A DNA stretch of 64,000 nt from an uncultured Gammaproteobacteria bacterium. Lineage in GTDB: Bacteria; Pseudomonadota; Gammaproteobacteria; JAAEPA01. The translations under genes were made by a program, and so were the position numbers. A model generated the notes under the pieces. The model made no database searches, was not told the origin of the DNA, and worked only from the letters and a program-made list of their open reading frames with translations. Of the stretch, positions 50,561 through 60,696 are shown piece after piece (positions within the stretch are counted from its first letter, which is position 1; each line of letters opens with the position of its first letter). The stretch spans positions 282,926 to 346,925 of the forward strand of contig CAVSWL010000005.1 in NCBI GenBank assembly GCA_963731655.1, written 5' to 3'.

Positions 50561-51084
50561 ACCGCCGTGTACGGTCCCGTACGCACGGTGGTGTGGGCGG
50601 ACGGGAGGAGTAATGCTCCCTCCGACCCGATTCTCACAGCACGGCGAACTTACAAAATATGCGACTTGGAGTCGATCAAGCACGCCGCGGTTGGCTGGAA
50701 GCGGGTGATGTGATCAACACCCGTCGTATTGCTGATCTACGCCGGTTGTTGCAACGCGACTGAGCGTACGTCAGCAGATTGGCTAGCGATCCGGGGACAG
50801 CATGCATAGCCGATTATCGCTGCCCATCAACCTTTTCTTGCGTTTCCCCGAGGCAATGGTTCGACCGGTTGACGGCCGGGGGGATGGGCTGGGTTTGAGC
50901 ATCACCAATCGCCTGCTTGGAAAGCTCGATAGGCAGCTGGTAGTGTATAATCAACTCGATATGGGCAACTCCTGCCCCTATTCTTCTGACCGAACCTTTA
51001 AAGGAACTCACTCCGATTGTTGCGATAGAAGGACATCGGTCGGGGATTCATTGGATCGATTGGCGAATGAATGTGATACGTCGA

Positions 51085-51772
51085 TCAAATAGTGAGGTGT
51101 TTCCGCGCCATATCCTTTTTAATAATTTTTAGTGAGAGGCCATACCGAAGTGTTTCGGGCACCTCGTTGATGGCAAGAATGTCGTTGCACTCCACGGCGT
51201 CATAGTCCTCTTTATGGGTGAAGCTCAGCGGAACAATGCCGAAGTTGACCATGTTCTGCCAATGGATGCGGGCGAAACTCTTAGCGAGGATCACGCGCAG
51301 CCCCAGCGAGCGCGGCGCAAGGGCAGCGTGTTCACGGCTCGATCCCTGCCCGTAGTTATCCCCGGCAACCACAAACAAGCCCGTATCGCGATAGGGCTTG
51401 GTGCGCTCGCAAAATGTCGCATCGATCGGTTCGAAGACGAACCTGGCGATTGCCTCAATGTTGCTGCGGTAAGGCAGCACGCGGGCCCCCGCGGGCATGA
51501 TCTCATCGGTGGAGATTGTTGTCTTCAAACTTGAGCAGTACCGGCCCCTTGATTCGATTCGGCAAGGGTTCAAGTACGGGCAGCGGCTTGATGTTGGGAC
51601 CTTTTTCGATGGGCACGTCATGGCCATCGGGCAACGGAGCTAACATGACCAGGGTGCCGGTCGCATCCTGCGTAAGGGTCCGGTCGATCTTGATCGAGAT
51701 CTCCGCGCCCGGTGTCAGATTGCCCTGCATCAGGTGCGAAGCGATCGATGTTTGTGCAACGTTCATAGCCAT
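51085..51772 (-). pseudogene. aconitase-family remnant: short N-terminal segment fused to the C-terminal swivel domain, with a 1-nt frameshift
   Basis: ORF 51503-51772 has ...IDRTLTQDATGTLVMLAPL (an N-terminal aconitase motif) followed by the linker ...IKGPVLLKFEDNNL. ORF 51085-51627 continues in another frame with STDEIMPAGARVLPYRSN...GDNYGQGSSREHAALAP...SFARIH. The core domains are missing. Confidence 0.5.
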
Positions 51773-51800
51773 GTTTATTTATCCATGAGGCCTTCGGGTT

Positions 51801-51834
51801 TGTAACAATTACAAAGCACTAGTAAACATTACAA
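51801..51834. repeat. paired box TGTAACAATTACAA-N7-GTAAACATTACAA (family B, site d)
   Basis: Same structure as at 1379. Confidence 0.4.
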
Positions 51835-51873
51835 TAGCTGGTGCGGGGTTACGCGCACCCTATCCATTGCCGA

Positions 51874-54849
51874 TCAAAAGGCCGATGCGTGAGCGGTGCC
51901 GCGGCCCTCCACGATTTCAAGCACGCGCTCTTCGATGGACTGACGATCGATTCCTTGACGGGCGAGCAGCTCGGCTCGTGATCCCGAGTGGAGGTGTCTC
52001 GTGATGGCTAACCGGTGTACCGGGGCGAGAGCGCTTACGGCACCGGCTACCGCTTCGCCGAGTCCACCTTCGGCAAGGTGGTCTTCGACCACCATCAATT
52101 GTCCCGTTTCATGCGCCGCTTGCGTTAAGGTTGCCGTATCCAGCGGCTTGATGGAGTAGGCATCGATCACACGGCAGGCAATGCCGTATTTAGCTAGCGC
52201 TTGATGAGCGGCTAGGGCTTCGTGAACCGTGATGCCTGCCGCGATGAGGGTGATGGTATCCTCTGCCGAGCTGCATAGCGTTTTGCTGCCGCCGACCGCA
52301 AAGCTCGCCTCCATCGGGTAGATGACTGGCGTTTTGGGTCGGGTCATGCGCAGGTAAACGATGCCGGGTGTCGTTGTGGCCAGTTCGGTGAGCCGCTCGG
52401 CGCTCACCGCATCGCAGGGGTAGAAGACCGTGCTGCCGACCACGGCGCGAAATAGGGCCAAATCCTCGAGACCCATCTGCGAAGGGCCGTCCTCGCCGAT
52501 GGAAACACCGGCGTGGCTGCCGCACAGTACCAGGTGCGGGGGTTGTGTGTGACCGGCCATACGCACGAAGTCGGCGGCTCGGGTGAGAAAGCAGGCAAAA
52601 CTGGTCGCAACGGGAACCTTGCCGTTAACGGCCAGTCCGAGCGCCGTTCCCACCATATTCTGCTCGGCGATGTAGCTCTGGAAGAAGCGTTCCGGAGCGG
52701 TTTCGGCGAATAGCTTCGCATAGGTGGAATTCTTAACGTCGCCATCCAACACGACGAGCTGAGGATTAACCGCGGCGAGCTTTCTTAAGGCGTTGCCGAA
52801 AGCCGCGCGCGTGGCGATCTCGTCGCCGAGGGCATATTCGTTTACGCTTATAGCGCGCGGGGTTGCGCTAGGGGGAGCCGTTGTCTGTCCTAGACGACGG
52901 GGTGTTATCTGCCGCTGCCGCGGTGCCTCCGCCTCGCCGAGTTCCTGCAAAGCGAGTTCGAGTTGGTCTTCGTCCAGCGCTTTGCCGTGCCAGCCTAGCT
53001 GGCCCTCGAGAAACGAAATGCCTTTGCCTTTATCAGTGCGCGCGATGATCGCTGTGGGGCCATCCTCCCGGGCGGTTTCCAAGGCGTCAAGAATCGCCGC
53101 CAGGTCGTGACCATCGATCTCACAGGCTTGCCAGCCGAAGCTTCTAAACCGCTGCGCCAGCACTTGGGTGTTGTGTCGATAGGGGGTATAGCCGGTCTGA
53201 CCGAGTCCATTGACGTCGACGATGGCAACCAGATTGGTGAGCGATTGCAGGGAGGCGAATTGGGCGGCTTCCCAAACGGAACCCTCCGAACATTCGCCAT
53301 CTCCCAACAGGCAATAGACGCGAGTATCCAAGCCATCGAGGCGGTTGGCCAGCGCCATGCCATTGGCCGCCGCCAGGCCCTGGCCCAGCGATCCGGTAGC
53401 CACCTTCACCCAGGGGTTGTCCGGCGTGGGATGGCCTTCCAGGGGACTGTCGATTTGTCGTAGCGACAGGGGATCTTCCGTGATTGCGCCGGCCTCCGCC
53501 AAGGCGGCCCACAGGATGGGGGCGGCGTGGCCTTTGGAAAGGATAAAACGATCGACATCGCGTGCGTCAGAGTCGCCGGGGTCCCAGCGCATTTCGTGGA
53601 AAAATAACGCCGCGACCAGCTCTGCGCAGGACAGGCAGGACGTTGGGTGGCCAGAGCCTGCGGCGCTGGTCATGCGCAGCACCAAGCGACGTAACCGCTT
53701 CGCCGTCTGTGCGAGCTCTGCAACCGACTTAGGATTGCGGTATCGTTGGCGGCGTGACTCGAGCGTATTCAGCAACGTGACGTAAGGATCGATGAATTTC
53801 TGAATGCCTTCGTTGAGGAGTTGTGCGGTGATGGACTCGAAGTCGATTCCCAGCACAGCTAACTGTTCCAAGACCCGCAGCGACGCATCGATTTCCGTTT
53901 CGAGGGTAGGTTCCACGACACCGTGATCGGCGAATGCGGCAATCGTCGTCTCGGGCATTGTGTTTACCGTGTGCGCACCGATGAGAGGTTCGACATACAT
54001 CACATCGCGGTAGCTGGGGTTCTTGGTGCTGGTGCTTGCCCACAACAAGCGTTGAACCCTGGCGCCCTGTTGAGCCAGAGCGCACCAGCGCTCGCTTTGA
54101 GTCAACCGTTTAAAGCGCTGATAGGCGAGCTTGGCGTTGGCGATGGCCGCCTTGCCAAGGAGTTGCTGCGCTGTGGACTTGCTTGCCGGTGTCATGCGGT
54201 GCATGAGCAGTTGATCGACCAACACATCGATGCGACTTAGGAAAAAACTCGCCACCGAGGCAACCTCAGTTAGACTGCGACCGGCTTTGACGCGTCGTTC
54301 GAGGGCGTTGAGATAGGCTTTGGCGACGGCGGAATAGCGGTCGATGGAGAACAATAAGGTAATGTTGATGGGAATCCCTTCGAAGAGCAGCTCTTCGATG
54401 GCGGCTAAGCCCGCGATTGTTCCCGGGATCTTGATAAATAGGTTAGGTCGATCCACCAGGCGGTGCAAACCCTTGGCTTCAGCGATGGAGGCCTGGGTGT
54501 CGTGGGCCAAATGTGGAGAAACCTCTAAGCTCACGTAGCCATCCACCCCCTCCGTCCGATCATAGACGGGCCGTAGCACATCGCAGGCCTCGCGCACGTC
54601 GGTGGTGACCAGGGCTTCGTAGACTGCCTGCGTGGCCCCATCGTTATTTTCCACAAGTTGCTGGATTTGCTCGTCATAGTCGCGGCTGCCGGCGATCGCT
54701 GTGTGAAAAATCGCCGGGTTGGAGGTGATTCCGCGTAATCCACGGTCGGACACCCATGCTTGGAGCTGACCCCGCTTCATCATCGCGCGCGTGAGATTGT
54801 CGAGCCAGTAACTCTGACCGTAACGTTGAAGCGTTAACAAGGGATTCAT
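51874..54849 (-). CDS. transaldolase-transketolase fusion protein
   Basis: 991 aa. N-terminal ~370 aa transaldolase (GITSNPAIFH, active-site FIKIPGT); C-terminal ~620 aa transketolase (GHPTSCLSCAEL..., TPP motif GDGECSEGSVWEAA, C-terminal domain). GGAGGAAA SD. Confidence 0.85.
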   Translation of the reverse strand: MNPLLTLQRYGQSYWLDNLTRAMMKRGQLQAWVSDRGLRGITSNPAIFHTAIAGSRDYDEQIQQLVENNDGATQAVYEALVTTDVREACDVLRPVYDRTEGVDGYVSLEVSPHLAHDTQASIAEAKGLHRLVDRPNLFIKIPGTIAGLAAIEELLFEGIPINITLLFSIDRYSAVAKAYLNALERRVKAGRSLTEVASVASFFLSRIDVLVDQLLMHRMTPASKSTAQQLLGKAAIANAKLAYQRFKRLTQSERWCALAQQGARVQRLLWASTSTKNPSYRDVMYVEPLIGAHTVNTMPETTIAAFADHGVVEPTLETEIDASLRVLEQLAVLGIDFESITAQLLNEGIQKFIDPYVTLLNTLESRRQRYRNPKSVAELAQTAKRLRRLVLRMTSAAGSGHPTSCLSCAELVAALFFHEMRWDPGDSDARDVDRFILSKGHAAPILWAALAEAGAITEDPLSLRQIDSPLEGHPTPDNPWVKVATGSLGQGLAAANGMALANRLDGLDTRVYCLLGDGECSEGSVWEAAQFASLQSLTNLVAIVDVNGLGQTGYTPYRHNTQVLAQRFRSFGWQACEIDGHDLAAILDALETAREDGPTAIIARTDKGKGISFLEGQLGWHGKALDEDQLELALQELGEAEAPRQRQITPRRLGQTTAPPSATPRAISVNEYALGDEIATRAAFGNALRKLAAVNPQLVVLDGDVKNSTYAKLFAETAPERFFQSYIAEQNMVGTALGLAVNGKVPVATSFACFLTRAADFVRMAGHTQPPHLVLCGSHAGVSIGEDGPSQMGLEDLALFRAVVGSTVFYPCDAVSAERLTELATTTPGIVYLRMTRPKTPVIYPMEASFAVGGSKTLCSSAEDTITLIAAGITVHEALAAHQALAKYGIACRVIDAYSIKPLDTATLTQAAHETGQLMVVEDHLAEGGLGEAVAGAVSALAPVHRLAITRHLHSGSRAELLARQGIDRQSIEERVLEIVEGRGTAHASAF

Positions 54850-55218
54850 AAATCATTTCCTCCGTGGGCTGCGCCTGGGTTGCTTGACATGCTTCTTAAG
54901 GAATGGCTGTCCCAGAATGGGCTTGGCACAAAGCGTGCGGTTCGACATTGGGCTTTTAGGCGGATTGCTGCTGCGACTGTCCTGAGAACGTACACTTCGA
55001 AATCGACCCCCGCCGCCGCTCGAAAGGCACGTTAATTCGCGGTTCTCAAGCACGTCTGTCCAGATAGGCTGCGCCACACACCTTCGCCGTTGGTTTCACT
55101 TGATCAAACAGTCTGCATGAATTACGCCTACTAGGGTTTAAAACCCATAGAACGTCCAATTTAGCCGCGAGGGTTGCCGATCTTCTGTCCCCATGGTCTG
55201 TAACCGCAACGGATGACA

Positions 55219-55251
55219 TGTAAAAACTACACCGGTGTGTAATTTTTACAA
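55219..55251. repeat. paired box TGTAAAAACTACAC-N4-GTGTAATTTTTACAA (family B, site e)
   Basis: Nearly identical boxes to site a. Confidence 0.5.
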
Positions 55252-55400
55252 TTTATTAGAAGCACGGTAAGCAATTCTTTTCTTTAGGTGTCCTCGTAAT
55301 TTCGACCCTTCTTTAATTTAACTTTTTGAATCTTGGAATCATGTTCTCTCGTCGTGTTCATGAAGGTATGCCCCTTGCAGGTCTCAAGACATTGCTGGAG

Positions 55401-56084
55401 ATGATGCGGATAACTGAAAAAATGATTCACATCGATCGCACCCACAGCGTGTTGTTGCTCATCGATATCCAGCCCGATTTCATGCCGGGCGGTGCCTTGC
55501 CGGTGGAAGAGGGTGACCGTATCGTCGAGCCGGTGCGTTTGCTGATGGCATCGGAACAATTCCATTATTACGCGGCGACCCAGGACTGGCACCCCTCGAA
55601 CCATGTTTCGTTCGCAAGCAACCACGCGGAGAGACAGCCGTTTGAGACGATTAACCTCTATGGGCATGAGCAGACCCTCTGGCCGGATCACTGTGTACAA
55701 GGCACAGAAGGCGCACAGCTGCACGAGGCTATTCTATGGGATAAAGCCGCAGTGATTATTCGCAAGGGTATGGAGCCGGACAACGATTCCTATAGTGGTT
55801 TTCGAAATAACTGGAATCCGTTAGGCGAACGGCGGCCCACCGGACTTGCGGGCTATTTGCGCGAGCGGAACATCGACACCGTATGCTGTTGCGGGTTGGC
55901 CCGTGATGTGTGCGTTAAATGGACAGCATTAGATGCAGCGCAGGCAGGTTTTCGCACCTGTGTGTTGTGGGATATGACGCGCCCCGTCTACCCGCAAACC
56001 GATAACGAGGTGTATAGGGTACTGAGCAAGCATGGAGTAGAGGTTATCGCATCTAGGGAATTGATAAACGGCCTTGGGGATTAA
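55401..56084 (+). CDS. pncA: nicotinamidase/pyrazinamidase (isochorismatase family)
   Basis: Collinear with E. coli PncA: LLLIDIQPDF, QDWHP.NH.SFAS, WPDHCVQGT. The start is ambiguous (ATG at 55401, 55404 or 55422); the track ORF starts at 55326. Confidence 0.75.
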   Translation: MMRITEKMIHIDRTHSVLLLIDIQPDFMPGGALPVEEGDRIVEPVRLLMASEQFHYYAATQDWHPSNHVSFASNHAERQPFETINLYGHEQTLWPDHCVQGTEGAQLHEAILWDKAAVIIRKGMEPDNDSYSGFRNNWNPLGERRPTGLAGYLRERNIDTVCCCGLARDVCVKWTALDAAQAGFRTCVLWDMTRPVYPQTDNEVYRVLSKHGVEVIASRELINGLGD

Positions 56085-56104
56085 CGGTCGCCAGGCTGCA
56101 GAGA

Positions 56105-56518
56105 ATGGACATGATGGAGACACAATCGATGTATTGGCCACTGGGATTATACGTCGGAGCGGTCCTCGTACTGATCGGCGGTGTGATGTTGGTCTCTTTC
56201 ATGCTTGGACAACGACACCGGGAACGGGCTACAGGCGAGCCCTTTGAATCGGGTGTGGTCTCGGTGGGTTATGGACGATTGCGTTATCCCGCGCATTTTT
56301 TTCTTGTTGCGGTGCTGTTCGTGATTTTTGATCTCGAAGCCGTTTTTGTTTTCGCCTGGGCCGTAGCAGTGCGCGAGACCGGATGGGCAGGTTATATCGA
56401 AATTCTGATTTTCATCGGCGTTCTGGTGGTAGCGCTAATCTATCTGTGGCGGGTGGGCGCCTTGGAGTGGGGTTCTCGCCGGGGTCGACATTTAGGCCGA
56501 CAAACCCGTGTAAGGTGA
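56105..56518 (+). CDS. nuoA: NADH-quinone oxidoreductase subunit A
   Basis: Three-TM small subunit with ...FESGV...FFLVAVLFVIFDLEAVF... Confidence 0.9.
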   Translation: MDMMETQSMYWPLGLYVGAVLVLIGGVMLVSFMLGQRHRERATGEPFESGVVSVGYGRLRYPAHFFLVAVLFVIFDLEAVFVFAWAVAVRETGWAGYIEILIFIGVLVVALIYLWRVGALEWGSRRGRHLGRQTRVR

Positions 56519-57160
56519 ATGACTATGCAATGGTGGTTGAGTAAGGCGCAGCGGGATCCAAAAGAATCCAACCAGTACACCACGACTGATGCCGTGCGTC
56601 GTAGTCTAATCCTTGCGCGGCTGCAAGACCTGGTTGCCTGGGGTCGCAAGCACTCAGTTTGGCCATTTAACTTTGGATTATCGTGTTGTTATGTGGAGAT
56701 GGCGACGGCTTTTACTCCCCCGCATGACATTGCGCGATTCGGTGCCGAAGTGATTCGCGCCACGCCTCGAGAAGCGGATTTGCTCATCATATCGGGTACG
56801 GTATTCATCAAGATGGCCCCGGTGATTCGCCGACTATACGAGCAAATGATGGAGCCGCGTTGGGTGATTTCGATGGGCTCCTGCGCCAACTCCGGTGGAA
56901 TGTACGACATTTACAGCGTGGTGCAGGGTGTAGACAAGTTCATGCCGGTCGATGTCTACGTGCCCGGGTGTCCACCGCGCCCCGAGGCGCTGCTTGAAGG
57001 ACTGATCTTGCTGCAAGATGCGATCGGCACCGAGCGACGCCCCCTGAGCTGGATGATTGGACCTCAAGGCGTTGTCAAGGGTCCGTTACCAAGTCAGCGC
57101 GAGCGCAAGCGAGAAATCCGCATCGACGCTACCACTCTACGGAGTCCTGATCATGTCTGA
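56519..57160 (+). CDS. nuoB: NADH-quinone oxidoreductase subunit B
   Basis: CCxxE...GxCxxxGG...CPP cluster N2 ligand motifs ([23 protein letters not shown]). Confidence 0.95.
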   Translation: MTMQWWLSKAQRDPKESNQYTTTDAVRRSLILARLQDLVAWGRKHSVWPFNFGLSCCYVEMATAFTPPHDIARFGAEVIRATPREADLLIISGTVFIKMAPVIRRLYEQMMEPRWVISMGSCANSGGMYDIYSVVQGVDKFMPVDVYVPGCPPRPEALLEGLILLQDAIGTERRPLSWMIGPQGVVKGPLPSQRERKREIRIDATTLRSPDHV

Positions 57161-58922
57161 AGCGGCCATCGCCGAGCGCGTTGTGATATCCGCGGAAGAA
57201 ACGCTGAGACAGGTCTTCGGCGATGAAGTCTTCAAGCCGCAGCCGGTATGCGATGGTATTACCACACTCTGGTTGGTGCGCGAGCGTATAGAAGACGTCT
57301 TGAGCTATCTGAAGTCGGGGATCCCGCATCCCTATTCGATGCTTTACGACCTCAGCGCCATCGATGAGCGCGTACGTGCAAACCGCGCGGAACAACCCCA
57401 GAACGATTTCACCGTCTTTTATCAACTGCTCTCGTTCGAACGCAATGAAGATATCCGTCTCAAAGTCGCGTTGCGGGAGAGCGATCTTGTATTACCCTCT
57501 GTACGGCACATTTACCTCAACGCGGATTGGTACGAACGCGAGGTGTGGGATCTGTTCGGCATTCGCTTCACTGGGCACCCGCATCTCAAGCGGATACTGC
57601 TGCCACCGACTTGGGACGGACATCCGTTGCGCAAAGATCACCCGGCACGCGCCACAGAGATGGGCCTTTTTACTCTGCCCGAGGAAAAGCAAGTGCTTGA
57701 GCAGGAGGCGTTGCGCTTCCAACCGGAAGAATGGGGCATGCGGCGGCGCGATAACGGCACCGATTTCATGTTCCTCAACCTCGGGCCAAACCATCCCAGT
57801 GCGCATGGCGTATTCCGGGTCGTCCTACAGCTCGACGGTGAGGAGATTGTCGATGCGGTACCCGACATCGGCTACCACCACCGTGGAGCGGAAAAGATGG
57901 GCGAGCGGCAGTCCTGGCATACCTACATCCCTTACACGGACCGTGTCGACTATCTGGGCGGGGTGCTGAATAACCTGCCTTATGTGCTCGCCGTCGAGCA
58001 GTTGGCAAACATTGAAGCGCCCCCACGTGCCCAAGTCATTCGCGTGATGTTATGCGAGCTCTTCCGCGTCTGCAGCCACCTGCTATTTCTCGGGACCATG
58101 GCCCAGGATGTGGGGCAGCTGTCGCCGATTTTTTACATGTTCAGCGATCGCCAGCGGGCCTACGACATTATCGAGGCCATCTGCGGCTTCCGTATGCACC
58201 CGGGATGGTTTCGCATCGGCGGTGTGGCGCAGGATCTACCAAAAGGTTGGGACTCACTCGTTCGCGGATTTACCGATTACCTCTCGCCACGTCTCAAGGA
58301 ATATGAAGATATGGTGCTGAAGAACGGCCTATTCCGGCGTCGCACGCGCCGGGTCGGCGATTATACGACGGAGGAAGCTTTAGATTGGGGAATCACCGGT
58401 CCGGGCCTGCGCGCCTCGGGCTTCGAATGGGATTACCGTAAGATTCGACCCTACTCGGGCTATGAACAATTTGAATTCGATATTCCCACGGGGCACTACG
58501 GTGATTGCTTCGATCGGACCTGGGTGCGCCTGGAAGAGATGCGTCAGAGTCTGCGAATCGTCGAGCAATGCGTGAACCACATGCCGAGTGGCGATTACAA
58601 GGCACGTCATCCGCTTACCACGCCGCCGCTCAAAGAACGCACGCTGCAGGATATTGAAACGCTCATCACGCACTTTCTCAACGTGAGTTGGGGTCCGGTG
58701 ATTGCGCCGGGAGAGGCGTGCGCCAGGGTAGAAGCGGCCAGAGGGCTGAACAGTTATTACCTGATCTCGGATGGCGGCACCGTTTCCTATCGAACTCGAA
58801 TCCGCACGCCGTCCTTTGCCCATCTACAGATGATCCCACTGATCAGCCGGGGTTTCATGATAGCGGATCTGGTGGCGATTCTCGGCAGTATTGACTTCGT
58901 GATGGCGGATGTGGATCGGTGA
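57153..58922 (+). CDS. nuoC: NADH-quinone oxidoreductase fused subunit C/D
   Basis: 589 aa. N-terminal 30-kDa (NuoC) and C-terminal 49-kDa (NuoD) regions in one ORF. ATG overlaps the nuoB stop. Confidence 0.95.
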   Translation: MSEAAIAERVVISAEETLRQVFGDEVFKPQPVCDGITTLWLVRERIEDVLSYLKSGIPHPYSMLYDLSAIDERVRANRAEQPQNDFTVFYQLLSFERNEDIRLKVALRESDLVLPSVRHIYLNADWYEREVWDLFGIRFTGHPHLKRILLPPTWDGHPLRKDHPARATEMGLFTLPEEKQVLEQEALRFQPEEWGMRRRDNGTDFMFLNLGPNHPSAHGVFRVVLQLDGEEIVDAVPDIGYHHRGAEKMGERQSWHTYIPYTDRVDYLGGVLNNLPYVLAVEQLANIEAPPRAQVIRVMLCELFRVCSHLLFLGTMAQDVGQLSPIFYMFSDRQRAYDIIEAICGFRMHPGWFRIGGVAQDLPKGWDSLVRGFTDYLSPRLKEYEDMVLKNGLFRRRTRRVGDYTTEEALDWGITGPGLRASGFEWDYRKIRPYSGYEQFEFDIPTGHYGDCFDRTWVRLEEMRQSLRIVEQCVNHMPSGDYKARHPLTTPPLKERTLQDIETLITHFLNVSWGPVIAPGEACARVEAARGLNSYYLISDGGTVSYRTRIRTPSFAHLQMIPLISRGFMIADLVAILGSIDFVMADVDR

Positions 58923-58949
58923 GATAGAGTAATTAATGGGATCACAATC

Positions 58950-59414
58950 ATGTTGACCGAAGCTGAAAAAAGCGAAATCGAGATACAACTGAGTCACTAT
59001 GAAAACGTCCGGGCCGGCTGCGTTGATGCCCTGAAAATCGCGCAGCGCCGGCGGGGCTGGATCTCGGATGAGACGCTGGTGGCCATAGCCCAGATGTTAG
59101 GGATATCACCCTCCGAGGTGGATGCCGTTGCCACCTTCTATAACCTGATTTTCCGGCAACCGGTGGGCCGGCATGTGATTTTGCTCTGCGACAGTGTGAG
59201 CTGCTGGATTCTGGGATACGAGCGGTTGCGTGCGCGACTCGAGGAACAGCTTGGCATCGGCTTCGGGGAGACCACCACCGACCGGCGTTTTACTTTGTTG
59301 CCTAGTGTGTGCTTAGGCGCCTGCGATCATGCGCCGGTATTGATGATCGACGAGACCTTACACGAGGATGTCAATCTCGATCGGCTTGATCGGATCTTGA
59401 TGCGCTATGAGTGA
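58950..59414 (+). CDS. nuoE: NADH-quinone oxidoreductase subunit E
   Basis: Thioredoxin-like [2Fe-2S] subunit with CDSVSC...CLGACDHAP. Confidence 0.9.
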   Translation: MLTEAEKSEIEIQLSHYENVRAGCVDALKIAQRRRGWISDETLVAIAQMLGISPSEVDAVATFYNLIFRQPVGRHVILLCDSVSCWILGYERLRARLEEQLGIGFGETTTDRRFTLLPSVCLGACDHAPVLMIDETLHEDVNLDRLDRILMRYE

Positions 59415-60696
59415 CCGACCACTAACCGGCCATATCCGGCCCGACGGCAGCCCACTTGGGATTAAAGCCTATGAACAGGAGGGAGGGTACCAAGCGCTGC
59501 GTCGCGCGCTCAAGGCGATGAGCGCCGAAGAGGTGATCGAGGAAGTGAGTGCTGCCAAGCTTCGTGGGCGCGGTGGCGCAGGTTTTCCTACCGGCAAGAA
59601 ATGGAGCTTTGTACCCCGGGGAAAAGACGCCCCACGGCGCAGATATCTCGTCGTTAATGCCGACGAGATGGAACCCGGGACTTTCAAAGACCGGCTGTTG
59701 ATGGAAGGCGACCCTCATCAGTTAATCGAAGGCATGATCATAAGCGCCTATGCCATTGGCGCCGAGGTGGCCTATATCTTTCTGCGCGGCGAGTACCTGA
59801 CTGCGGCGGCACGGTTGCGTCAGGCCATTGTTGAAGCCCATGCTGGACGCTGGTTGGGACGCGATATTCTAGGATCGGGTTTCAGTCTCGCGGTGCATTT
59901 ACATACCGGGGCGGGTCGCTACATTTGCGGCGAAGAGACCGCGCTGATTAGTGCGCTCGAAGGCGGGCGCGCAATTCCCCGCGCCAAACCGCCCTTTCCG
60001 CAGGTGAGCGGCTTGTGGGGCTGTCCCACCGTCGTCAACAATGTCGAGACGATCTGCAACGTGCCGCATATCATCAACCGCGGTGCCGCAGCCTACCGCG
60101 CGCTCAGCCACAGTGAGGACGGTGGAACTAAAATCTATGGAGCCAGCGGGCGGGTACGTCACCCCGGCGCGTGGGAGCTCCCCATGGGGACCCCGCTGAG
60201 GGAGATACTGGAAACACATGCCGCTGGCCTGTGGGACGGCTATACCTTTCGCGGTGTCCTGCCCGGAGGCGCATCGACGGATTTTCTTACCGATGAACAG
60301 CTCGATACCCCGATGGATTTCGATTCGGTCATGAAGGCGGGTAGCCGGCTGGGTACCGGAACGCTGATCGTGCTCGATGACCGGACGTGCCCCGTAGGCT
60401 TGTGCCGCAACCTGGAGCATTTCTTTGCCCAAGAGTCTTGCGGATGGTGCACGCCATGCCGCGAGGGTCTGCCCTGGATCGAACAGACCCTCACCGCCAT
60501 CGAGGAGGGACAAGGTCGAACGGAAGATCTCGACCGACTTGAGCAGCATACCCGGTTGCTGGGCATGGGGCACACCTTCTGCGCCCATGCGCCGGGTGCC
60601 ATGGAGCCGTTGCAGAGTGCGCTTAGGTTTTTTCGCGAAGACTTTGAACGGCACATTGATGAACGGCGTTGCCCGTACAGGTACCGAGATGGCTAA
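59407..60696 (+). CDS. nuoF: NADH-quinone oxidoreductase subunit F
   Basis: NADH/FMN-binding GRGGAGFPTGKKW and the 4Fe-4S motif ESCGWCTPCREG. Confidence 0.95.
   Translation: MSDRPLTGHIRPDGSPLGIKAYEQEGGYQALRRALKAMSAEEVIEEVSAAKLRGRGGAGFPTGKKWSFVPRGKDAPRRRYLVVNADEMEPGTFKDRLLMEGDPHQLIEGMIISAYAIGAEVAYIFLRGEYLTAAARLRQAIVEAHAGRWLGRDILGSGFSLAVHLHTGAGRYICGEETALISALEGGRAIPRAKPPFPQVSGLWGCPTVVNNVETICNVPHIINRGAAAYRALSHSEDGGTKIYGASGRVRHPGAWELPMGTPLREILETHAAGLWDGYTFRGVLPGGASTDFLTDEQLDTPMDFDSVMKAGSRLGTGTLIVLDDRTCPVGLCRNLEHFFAQESCGWCTPCREGLPWIEQTLTAIEEGQGRTEDLDRLEQHTRLLGMGHTFCAHAPGAMEPLQSALRFFREDFERHIDERRCPYRYRDG

Larger units (their letters stand above)
45998..50631 (+). mobile_element. group II intron (likely class IIC), starting directly after the polX stop codon, carrying a nested insertion
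   Basis: ~470 nt of structured 5' RNA before the RT ORF. Downstream, a domain V-like hairpin CCGUGUACGG/CCGUACGCACGG and a domain VI hairpin with a bulged A at ~50625, followed by ...CCCGAT. Boundaries are approximate. Confidence 0.65.

Noticed and set aside
60425-60688. N-terminal 88-aa extension of the nuoG ORF in the track
   Set aside because: Spurious read-through inside nuoF. The conserved NuoG N-terminus [11 protein letters not shown] starts at 60689, overlapping the nuoF stop
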